A stretch of DNA of 64,000 bases, from assembly GCA_964016885.1 (NCBI GenBank), contig OZ024743.1:284022001-284086000 (forward strand), given 5' to 3'. The notes under the pieces are model-generated. The model searched no databases. It saw only the letters and a list, made by a program, of their open reading frames with translations, and was not told the DNA's origin. Positions 12,423 to 22,989 of the stretch are shown in pieces. Position 1 is the first letter of the stretch; each line of letters begins with the position of its first letter. A program made the translations under genes and the position numbers. This DNA is from Eledone cirrhosa. Lineage: Eukaryota.

Positions 12423-14632
12423 ATAGGAAAAAGTATGACCCCGATGGCAGAGCTCAAGCCGTTTCGACGGCTTTTTCTGGACTAAATTAAAATTTTTAGC
12501 CTGGTGAATAAATAGCCAAACTTGTCAAGGGGGTACTTCCTTATATGGGAAGATTGTAGTTATCAAAAGGATTGGTTAAAATTTGTTGTAAACACAAATA
12601 AGTCATGGCATTTGGTGGGAGGTAGGGGTGGCTGAACTTGCTTGTAGAACAATAGGGGAGTGAGTGGAGCGGTCAAGCGTTGATGGTGATATGTATACAG
12701 CAGATTCTAAGGATAGTGTATGAAGTGGAGGAGGGAGGTTATAGAATAGGTAAATCGAATGAGAGTAGGAGACAATAAAAGATAATAGAAAGAAATAAAA
12801 AACTATATAAAATTAGATAGTGAGAAATGAATAAAAAAAATTACAATTACAGGTTAATAAGTTGAGAATAGAAAACACTTGTAGAATGAGTAGTAACAAA
12901 ACTGATACAAAATTAAAGGGGTTTTAACACATCTGCTATAAGTAGTTAGTAAAATGTATTTGGCCAATTCTATCTTAAAATTACAGGGGTGGGGGAACTG
13001 ATGCTACAGAGGATTGAACCGGGAGGAAATATCCTTTTATCCAGCTTCCCTTAGCGGATCCAGTAGGCGACACTGCTGCTCACGCAACGTAACGTGGTTC
13101 AATCCTCCCCATAATGCCGAGGTGAAATCTTCTTTAGACTCCTCGAAAAACACTTCCCACTACAACACTGCTACCACAACATAATCAACAAAAACACTAT
13201 CAAACTCTCCTACAGCACCACACCTAACTTCGCACAAAACATCGTCTCCTCAAACAACAAAAAACTCAACCCCTATGGAAGAAATAACCTAGATATCAGT
13301 GGAGAGCCGACCAGGAGGTGTAACTGCCCTGATAGATCTACGTGTCCCCTCAACAATAAATGCCGAGAACGTAACGTGATCTACCAGTGCAACGTGAGGA
13401 CAGACACCTCCAACAAAGTTTATATAGGATTAACCGCGTGTGACTTCAAGACCCGGCTCTACCAACACTGACATACTTTCCAAAACCCGGTCCGGTGACA
13501 TGCCACTACACTTTCGGGCCACATCTGAGACCTCCAAGATAATAATATACCCTACAATCTCACTTGGAGCTTACTGTCCAGAGCTAACTCTTACATGGGA
13601 GGATGCCGTCCGTGTAACTTATGCTTGGAGGAAACATTACAAATGCTGTTTTCGAAGGACCAACTCCTAAATAAGAAAGATGAACTGGTAACCGCATGCA
13701 AACACAGATTGCATAGGACTTACCTCGCCCTCAAACCCCATAAAGACCCGGGTGGATAGACAAGGGCTGATAACCCCCCACTTGCCGAATAAGTTAGGGG
13801 AAATCCCAGCTTACATAGGTAGGTGTATCTCTTTTCTTTTCCTCTTTGTCTTCTTCTTCCCCCTGTCTCATCCTATCACTTCCTTCCACCACCTATTTTC
13901 CTCCTCGTCTGCTTTTCCCTTTTCGCCTACCCCTATGCAGCCCATCGGGCCTCTGTAGCATCAGTTCCCCCACCCCTGTAATTTTAAGATAGAATTGGCC
14001 GAATACGTTTTACTAACTACTTATAACAGATGTGTTAGAACCCCTTTAATTTTGTATCAGTTTTGTTACTACTCATTTTACAAGTTTTTTCTATTCTCAA
14101 TTTATTAACCTGTAATTGTAAGATAGCATTGTGATTTTTTTTTATTCATTTCTCACTATCTAATTTTATAGTTTTTTATTTCTTTCTATTATCTTTTATT
14201 GTTTCCTACTCTCATTCGATTTACCTATTCTATAACCTCCCTCCTCCACTTCATACACTATCCTTAGAATCTGCTGTATACATATCACCTTCAACGCTTG
14301 ACCGCTCCACTCACTCCCCTATTGTTCTACAGGCAAGTTCAGCCACCCCTACCTCTCACCAAATGCCATGATAGACTTATTTGTGTTTACAACAAATTTT
14401 AACCAATCCTCTTGACAACTAGAATCTGCTCATATAAGGAAGTACCCCCTTGACAAGTTTGGCTATTTATTCACCAGACTAAAAATTCTAATTTAGTCCA
14501 GAAATAGCTGTCGAAACAGCTTGAGCTCTGCCGTCGGAGTCATACTTTTTCCTATTTCCCACTCTACTACCCTAAGCATTGAGTACTCTGATGCGTTATG
14601 GTCCATCTAGTTCCTTACCACAATTCCTTTGT
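12423..14632 (+). mobile_element. 5'-truncated Penelope-like element (Neptune-like GIY-YIG remnant) with inverted pseudo-LTR
   Basis: 13013-13759 decodes to RNVTWFNPP, KHFP, NTIKLSYS, CNC..CPL..KC, VIY...VYIG, CNLCLEE, LNKKDEL..CKH with stops; 12423-13012 is an inverted copy of 13950-14555; (TA)n on both sides. Confidence 0.9.
14445..14539 (+). ncRNA. Hammerhead ribozyme-like motif (U3-A8 core variant) in Penelope pseudo-LTR; inverted copy at about 12439-12533 on the minus strand
   Basis: CCCC-TTGACAA-G...GGCTATTT...AAATAGCY..C-GAAA-CRGC-ttgagctct-GCC-RTC-GGRG. Confidence 0.65.
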
Positions 14633-14651
14633 TATATATATATATATATAT

Positions 14652-16692
14652 ATGAAGACAGGCAAGGCAGCTGGGCCTTCGGAGATAGTTGCTGAGATGT
14701 TGAAGGCATCTGGAATGGTGGGACATACTATGGTCACCCGTATAGTTAACCAAGTAATACAGAATGGGGTCATACCAAAAGACTGGCGTAGCAGCATTAT
14801 CATTAACTGCTACAAGGGTAAAGGAGATGCTCTAGATAGAGGAAACTATAGAGGCATAAAGTTAGTTGACCTTGTCATGAAGGTCACAGAAAGAGTTATA
14901 GCGCAACTAATCAGAGAGCGAATTGATCTAGATGAAATGCAGTTTGGGTTTGTGTCAGGTAAAAGTACCACAGACGCTCTTTTCCTTGTACAACAACTAC
15001 AAGAGAAGTACCTAGCTAAAAGTAAACCCCTCTACTTAGCTTTTGTAAATCTGGAAAAAGCCTTTGACAGAGTCCCCCGTTCCATTATCTGGTGGGCTCT
15101 TAGAAAACTAGGTGTAGATGAATGGCTTGTGAGAGCTATACAAGCTATGTATAATGAAACAGTCAGTAAGGTTAGAATTAACAATGAATATTGTGAAGAA
15201 TTTAGTGTAAAAGTTGGTGTTCACCAAGACTCTGTCCTTAGCCCCCTCCTATTTATTATTGCCCTTCAGGCTATAACAGAGGAGTTCAAGACCGGCTGCT
15301 CATGGGAACTCCTATACGCAGATGATCTAACGCTCATAGCTGAATCAATGGCTGAACTAGAAAAGAAATTCCAAACATGGAAGCATGGCCTAGAATCAAA
15401 AGGCCTTAAAGTTAACTTGTCTAAGACTAAAGTCCTAGTTTGTAGAAAGGAAAATAAGGCACAGGTACCCACAGGGAAATGGTCTTGCTCAGTGTGTAGG
15501 AAAGGAGTAGGCAGAAATTCCATTTTATGTCCCAAATGCAAAGTATGGGTACATAAAAGATGAAGTGGGATCACAGGTAAACTATCTAAGAACGTAGACT
15601 TTATATGTGGCCGATGCTCAGGTGCAATAGGTAGCAAGTGTCCACAGGTTACTAGCCCCTTCTATTGCCCAGATGGTTCTATAGAAATAGTAGACACTTT
15701 CCGTTACCTGGGTGACGAAATCAGCAGTGGTGGAGGGTGTTCTGAAAGTACAGTAGCCAGAGTCAGAACGGGATGGAAAAAGTTCAGAGAGCTTATACCG
15801 CTGTTGGCCACAAAAGGTTTCTCTCTAAAAATGAAAGGCAGATTGTATGATGCTTGTATACGAACAGCAATGCTACATGGCAGTGAGACATGGGCATTAC
15901 GTGCAAAGGACTTGCGTAGACTGGAAAGGAACGAAGCATGCATGCTCCGTTGGATGTGAAATAGTAATATACGTGAACGGCAAAGCATAAATGAACTAAG
16001 TGAGAAATTAGGAATAAGAGGGATCAGATGCTCTTTACTCGAGAGAAGACTACGTTGGTATGGCCACGTGATGCGCATGAAAGATGACAGCTGTATAAAA
16101 AAGTGCAGGGCGATCAAAATTGATGGTAGTTACGGAGTAGGTAGACCCAGAAAAAACTGGGACGATCTGATAAATTCCGACCTTACACACTTGCACCTCT
16201 CTAAGACAATGTCACTGGACCGAGATATTTGGCGCTACGCAGTAATACAGAAGACCCGCCTTGCCTATGTACAAAGCGAAACCTACAGTCAGTAGGCACC
16301 TCTTAACCAAATATACACCCCAATCCACTACCCCTACCCTATCCTCCCACTCCCACCAACACCACCCTCTCTCTATAAAGTTGGTACCACAACATCCAGT
16401 CCAAATAAATGAGATAATGAGATCGAGATCGTGTAGGTGTCACGAGAAAAAAACACACAGTCCACGCTGTAATGTGGCTGTGTAGGTAACACGGTAAAAC
16501 ATTCCAAGTTCCACACTGTAAATATGGTTGGTGTTAGGAAGGGCATCTAGCCATAGAAAACCTGCCAGATAGTTCTATATGAGCGAGACATGGTCACCCA
16601 ACCAACCTTGCCTCAAGTGGGACAACTCCCGTCTACCCCATGCTAGCGTGGAAAATGGACGTTAAACGAAGATGATGATGATGATGATGATG
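14652..16692 (+). mobile_element. 5'-truncated RTE-type LINE (RT with PHD-like insert), premature stops, (GAT)n tail
   Basis: GKAAGP, NYRGIKL, QFGF, LEKAFDRV, LYADDL, YLG, RLRWYGHVMRM, GRPRK; inserted in (TA)n. Confidence 0.95.
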
Positions 16693-16696
16693 ATAT

Positions 16697-17078
16697 GGAG
16701 GCACATGGCTTAGTGGTTAGAGCATTGGCCTTGCAATCGAAAGGTTGTGAGTTCAATTCTCAGACCGGGTGATGTGTTGTGTCCTTGAGCAAGACACTTT
16801 ATTTCACATTTCTCCAGTTTACTCAGCTGTAGAAATGAGATGATAGGGACGCCAGTCCCTATCATTCCACTGCAAAGTGGTTGTGGAGGTGCCACAGCAA
16901 AAAAGCACCCAGCCCACACTGTAAAGTGGACGTGTAGGCGCCACAGAAAAAAAGCACCCCGCACTCACTGTAAATGAGGTTGGTGTTAGGAAGGGTATCC
17001 AGCTGTAGAAATCAAGCCAGAATCAGTTCCAATCCCACCCTTGCAAGCAGGGAAAAGTGGATGTAAAAATGATGATGA
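16697..17078 (+). mobile_element. tRNA-derived SINE with CORE-like centre and RTE-derived tail
   Basis: A box TGGCTTAGTGG, B box GAGTTCAATTC, GTGTCCTTGAGCAAGACACTT, tail shared with adjacent RTE; near-identical copy at 38456-38785. Confidence 0.9.
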
Positions 17079-17096
17079 TATATATATATATATATT

Positions 17097-17150
<54 letters not shown>

Positions 17151-17227
17151 TATATAGAGCTCAAGTGAAATTGGAGGTAACCATAGTTAAAAAAGTACTC
17201 AATACGTTAGTAGAATGTAAACATCAT

Positions 17228-17415
17228 GTGGATTGGCAGTATCGGTAGAGGGTCGGACGCCATGCTTTCCAGTATAGTTACATCCCTTTACGGTCTGAGT
17301 TCAAATCCCATTGAGGTTAACTTTACCTTTCATCCTTACGAGGTTGATAAAATAAAGTACCAGTAATGCACTGAGATAATTGCTGGCCTTGTGCCAAAAG
17401 TAGAAACAATTATTT
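17228..17415 (+). mobile_element. tRNA-derived SINE family B, copy 1
   Basis: TGGCAGTATCGGTAG A box, GAGTTCAAATCC B box, CCTTTCATCCTTACGAGGTTGATAAAATAAAGTACC centre; five related copies in the window. Confidence 0.9.
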
Positions 17416-17862
17416 AATATATAAATGGCTTCTATAGGATTAGAACTGTTTCATTCGTATGAAATCACCAGGAATGTTGTGTGGCATAGACAGTTGTTGG
17501 TACTTATAGGTTTCCTAGTGATTGGGAATGGGAGTAGTGGGGGTCCTATTTTAAGAAGCAGATATCAAGTAGTGGATTAGAGGGGGTGAGAGAGGAGGGA
17601 AGGGGTGAGGTGGAGTAGAGAGAATGGGAAGAAAAGAAGAAAAATTCTTAGAGTAGGTGGAGAAAAATCTAAAAAAATAGGGTTCTTTATAAATATATAA
17701 ATACACATACACACACATATATATATATACATCTACATATTGATACATTCATACACATATATATACACAAACATTTTCACATACATATTGTCCAAAACTA
17801 CGTGCAACCTCCACAACCACTTTGCAGTGGAATGATAGGGACTGGTGTCCCTATCATCTAAC

Positions 17863-20800
17863 GTCCAAAACTACGTGCTGCAGCTTCCTTGAATCGGAAC
17901 TCAGCACAAGATGAAAGTTTCAGTCTGCGTGATGATGGGCAGATCTGGAGGTTTGTCAAGGCTGGTGAAACGTGGAAGAGAGATACCAGCTGGTCTGAGT
18001 GTGATCTACCCACAATAACTGGCAATGTAAAAACTGCTACAACTCTGGGAAACTAAACCAGAACAACCTGCCACCCTCTACACACCATCATAAACTGAGA
18101 GCAGGGTACAAATTGTTGTCCTTAAATGCTCGCAGTTTATGCAACAAGATACATCTGTTTGAATCCTATGTCAGAAGCATCGACCCTGACTTCATCACAG
18201 TCACGGAAACATGGGCACATTCCTTACTCTGTGATGGGGTTTTCACCATTACTGGGTACAACCTTTTCCGTAAGGACCGCATTAACCGCCGTGGTGGTGG
18301 TGTGATGGTCTACGTTCGTTCAAACTTTTCGGTAATTCCTTGCGTTGATTTGAACGAATCACAGGAAGAAGTTTTTTTCTGTGACATACGTATGACCATG
18401 TCAACACTTCTGCTTGGTGTTGTTTATCGCCCCCCAAACTACCATCAGGACACACAGCTTTGTGATATCCTCAGAGTTGCTGCCAAGAAAACAGCCACTT
18501 ATGTGTTTATTGCAGGTGACTTCAATCATCCTGAGATCGATTGGGAAACCTTTCGTTGGCCACAGGGTGCAAACGATTCCTTGAACTAGTGCTGGACTCA
18601 AACTGGTCACAAGTAGTCACCTCTCCAACAAGAGGTGACAACACTTTGGACCTGATCTTTACCACTACTCCTGAAGTGGTTATCAGTTGTACTACTGAGG
18701 AACCTCTAGGCGACTCTGATCATGCTATGATCATTGCCAATCTGGTACTTGAGGGCAACAACAAAAACCAGAGCCATCTCCAATCTGCTTGCTTTGATTG
18801 GAAGAGGGCGGATTGGAACTTGTACTGCACTGAGCTACAGCGCCCAAACTGGCATGAGATGTATAACTCTGGATATGTGAACTCTATACTCCAGAGCATC
18901 CTGGACTCAATATGGATAGCGTGTGCAGCATCAGTGCCACGGAAGCGGAAAAATAACCACCCCAAAAGTGCAATCTGGGAAACTTCAGCGGTCCGACTTG
19001 CCAGGAAAGAACGTCGGAATGCTGAAAGGGAATATAAACTGCATAGATCAGATGCCAACAGAAAAAAGCGGAATAAATCTTCTAACCATCTCAAGCAAGT
19101 GACAAAGAAGGCAGTGCTTGAATTTGAACAGTGCATCGCAACCAATCCTGACAGTAAGGTGTTCTGGAAATATGTTCATTCAAAGCAGAGACCTCACTCT
19201 CCAGTTGGTCCTCTTCGCAATCCCCACACAAGCCAGATCACTGACGATCCCAAGGAATGCGCAGAACTCATTGCTGAGTGCTATGCAAGTATTTTTACTG
19301 TTGAAAACCAGAATGTACCATCTCCACCATCTCTAACATCAAATTCCATAACAACTATGGAATTTACACCTGCAATGTTGCGACGTCACCTTAAGAATAA
19401 GCGCAACTATGCCTCCTCTGGTCTTGATGGTGTGACATACCTGCTTCTCAAACGTGGCGGGGATTTCCTTTTGCGCCAGTTTTCTTTTTTCTTTCAATAC
19501 TGTCTCAGCAATGGTGCTACTCCGGAGCAGTGGAAAACTGCCAGTGTCATTCCCCTGTTCAAAAAGGGCAACCGCATGTCACCTGTCAACTATCGTCCAG
19601 TCAGTCTTACTAGCTGTATGGCCAAACTGATGGATTCCTGTGTCAGAGAAACACTTTGGAACTTCTGGAGCTCTCACAGCCTCATCCGGCCCTCACAGTT
19701 TGGATTTATCCCTAACTCCAGCTGCTGTGATCAGCTTATCGAGTTCCTTGAGGACATCACCCGGATCACTGACAGCGGCTCATGGGTGGATGTTGTTTAC
19801 CTTGACTTTGCTAAGGCTTTTAATTCTGTGCCACACAAAAGACTTATGGCAAAACTCTCTGCAATGGGTGTGAGGGATGATCTTTTCGACTGGCTGAAAT
19901 CCTTCATTCTCAGCCGAAAGGAAGTAGTCACGGTTCTAGGACAGCATTCTTCACCATATGAGATGTCATCTGGTGTACCACAGGGATCTGTTCTTGGTCC
20001 TCTTTTGTTTGTGGCATATATTAATGACATAGATGCCAACTTACAGAATGCCACGGTACTAAAATATGCAGATGGCATCAAGCTGTACCTTGAAATCAAA
20101 AGGACTGATCCTGAAGTTTACAACTCTTTCCTACAATCAGACCTGGACACAATGCAGCAATGGATCACAGACTGGCAACTGAAGCTGGCTGTGGACAAGT
20201 GTACCACCATGCATTTTGGAAGGAAAAATCCAGCGTCCACATACTCTCTCCACAACACTGACATGAAAAAGTCCTCTTGTGAACGTGACCTGGGCATTAC
20301 TGTCAGCAACGATTTGCGTTGGACAAAGCATGTCTCTAAGATTGTCAAGAAGGCCGAGGGTGTCTTGGCATCACTCAGCAAGACCTTTGTTAGCCGCTCT
20401 CCAGCCATCTATTTAAAACTGTATACAGCTATGGTGCGACCACACTTGGAATTCGCATCATCAGTCTGGAACCCCTATCTTGCTCGGAACATTGACCTCC
20501 TGGAAACTGTTCAGAGACGTGCAACCAAGCGCATACCCTCCATCAGACACCTACCATACTCTGAACGCCTTGCTTCCCTGGGCATGGATTCATTGAAGCT
20601 CCGACGTCTGGCAATGGACTTGGTGAATACCCACAAAGTTTTTAACCATCTCGCCAACTGCAACCCTGAGCGCCTCTTTGATCTCCATGTGTCTAACACA
20701 CGTGGACATGCCTACAAGATAAGAAAACAGCACAGCTCCCATGACTTTCGCAGTCATTTTTTTCACGCTCAGAGTTGCTGAAGCATGGAACAAACTGCCT

Positions 20801-21168
20801 GCGTCAATTGTTAGCTGCCGAGACACTGCATCCTTTAAGACACTCATGCTTCCCGAAATACGCCAAAACTACACCTGATGTGCCCCTTCCATACACATGC
20901 ACACATGTGTGTATCATGACTCGTGCACTGTTCATTTACTGATGTTTGTGCATTGCCCTATGTACTGTACATGCACTTTTTTGATGGGTTGTGGTGCACC
21001 TGGGCACTGTGCACAATATTTCATTATTGTTATCGTTATTATATCATGACTCATACACTGTTTATTTTCCTGACATTTGTACATTATTCTATGTACTATA
21101 CATGCACCTTTGATGAGTTGTAGTGCACCTGAGCACTGTACACAATAATTTCATTATTATTATTATTA
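17863..21168 (+). mobile_element. CR1/L2-clade LINE with near-intact ORF2 (APE endonuclease + RT), two frameshifts, (ATT)n tail
   Basis: LNARSL, VTETW, YRPP, GDFNHP, LDL, SDH; NYRPVSL, QFGF, DFAKAF, GVPQGSVLGPLLF, YADG, ERDLGI, VRPHLE; frameshifts near 18560 and 20760. Confidence 0.95.
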
Positions 21169-21556
21169 TATATATATATACATATACACATACACAAATA
21201 GACAAATATACATACCCATACATACATATATAATAAACTTAGGAAAATTAACAAAAAGAAGACAAGACAACAAATGAAGACAAGGCAAACATGAAAACAA
21301 ACAAACAAACAAGCATCTATTCTCTTCTTCAGCTACTCCCTGGAAATACAATTTCATACATTAAGGTCGGATTGTATTATTTTAACCAGGTAAAACATTT
21401 TTCTTGGAGAGATGCATAAGACAACAACAACAATAACAACAAAATAACTGAACAGAAAATAAACAGTAAAGGTAAATACAAATGAGTATTTCTAGTGGTA
21501 AAACATTGAAAATAGAGCAAAAATATTTTCTTCCTTTCCAGTATTAATTATTGCCA

Positions 21557-21760
21557 CAGTGCAGTGGATTGGTAGTATCGGTAGAGGGTCAGACGCCATG
21601 CTTTGCAGCAAAGAGTTACGGCCCTTTACTGTCTGAGTTCAAATCCCGCCGAGGTTAACTTTGCCTTTCATCCTTACGGGGTCGATAAAATAAAGTAGCA
21701 GTAATACACTGGGATAATTGCTGGCCTTGTGCCAAAAGTAGAAACAATTAATTATTGCCA
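21557..21760 (+). mobile_element. SINE family B copy with 14-bp target-site duplication
   Basis: ATTAATTATTGCCA at 21543-21556 and 21747-21760. Confidence 0.9.
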
Positions 21761-21779
21761 TACACTTGTCTTTTCACAA

Positions 21780-21998
21780 GTTACAAAGACATTTTTGTGC
21801 TGTGGGTTGATCTGGGATGTTGGACTACAGAATGTTAAGATGCTTCTTGCAAACAGCTACATCTATCCCTTGTAGATCTCTCAGGCTTTTTGGCAGCATA
21901 TTATAAAGTTGCAGGTCTTCGAACACTTAGCTATTGTAGTATCTGGTCCTTAATCTAAATGTGATGTCCAGTTCTCAATGCCAAAGATTGGTGCTATC

Positions 21999-22037
<39 letters not shown>

Positions 22038-22940
22038 ATATATATATATATATCACTGTATTTTTCCCATCTTTATTCTAGGGAGAAGATCCTTAATTTT
22101 TCAGCCTCTCCAAGTAGCTCATCCCTTTTATTGGATTGTTTCAAGTTCTTCAGTTAAGTTTACATTGTGGAGTGACCATAGCTAGCAGCAATAGTCCAGA
22201 CAACAGCTAAGTACAAATGTCCTCCATAGCACCAGCATGTTTTCCTGGTCTCTTGTCCTGAATGACATCAGAATCAGTCCAGCCAGTTATCTGTACATTA
22301 CTGCCTTCTTGGTGATATGTGCATAAAACAATGCATCATTGCTCAAATCAATTCCCAAGTCACACACTGATTTTGACACATGGATTTCAATCTTTTCTGG
22401 TCCAGAGTAACTTTGTTATAGCGTGTTTGTGTTAACATGTTTATAGCTGAGAGTTTGAAATTTTCTAGCATTAAACTGTATATTGATGTTCTCATTTACA
22501 TATGACATCTAAATCTCATTTAGGAGATATCAGCTAGATTGTTGATTGCCTGAGCTACCATTGTGTTGTCTGCATAGCTAGTGAGAACAGCTGCCTGTAC
22601 AACCAAGGGCATGTCTGAGAGAGTTATCACAAATAGCAGTGGCCCCAAGACCATGAGGAATTTTATTCTTTGTTAATGTTTCCCTTGTGTGGGCTCCAAG
22701 TCATATAGCTTAATAAGTCATATAGCTACTCTCCTAGTTTTCCAACTATGTCAAAACCACATACTTTCTGACATATCTCATGATCACCAACCTTATCGAA
22801 GGCCTTTCCAAAGTCAGGATATATCACATCCATATCTGAGCAGTTTAGCAGCTGTTTCAATACCCAGTCATAATATTGTAAAAGATCTAGCCATGTGTGA
22901 GAACCCCTCAACTGTCATCAAGTGATTACATTTTCCCATT
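21780..22940 (-). mobile_element. Degenerate CR1/L2-like LINE RT fragment
   Basis: MDVIYPDFGKAFDKV, VLGPLLFV, YADNT, DLGI motifs on minus strand with many stops. Confidence 0.75.
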
Positions 22941-22989
22941 CAGATCCAGAGTATAAATGCTTGGATATCTGCCTCATGTCAGCTAATAA

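Noticed and set aside
13762-13850. Second hammerhead-like motif CTGATAA...GAAA after the Penelope stop codon
   Set aside because: C3-A8 mismatch and no convincing stem III or NUH triplet.
16697-16770. tRNA gene-like sequences (also 38456, 62149 and others)
   Set aside because: SINE heads continuing into SINE bodies, without a proper acceptor stem.
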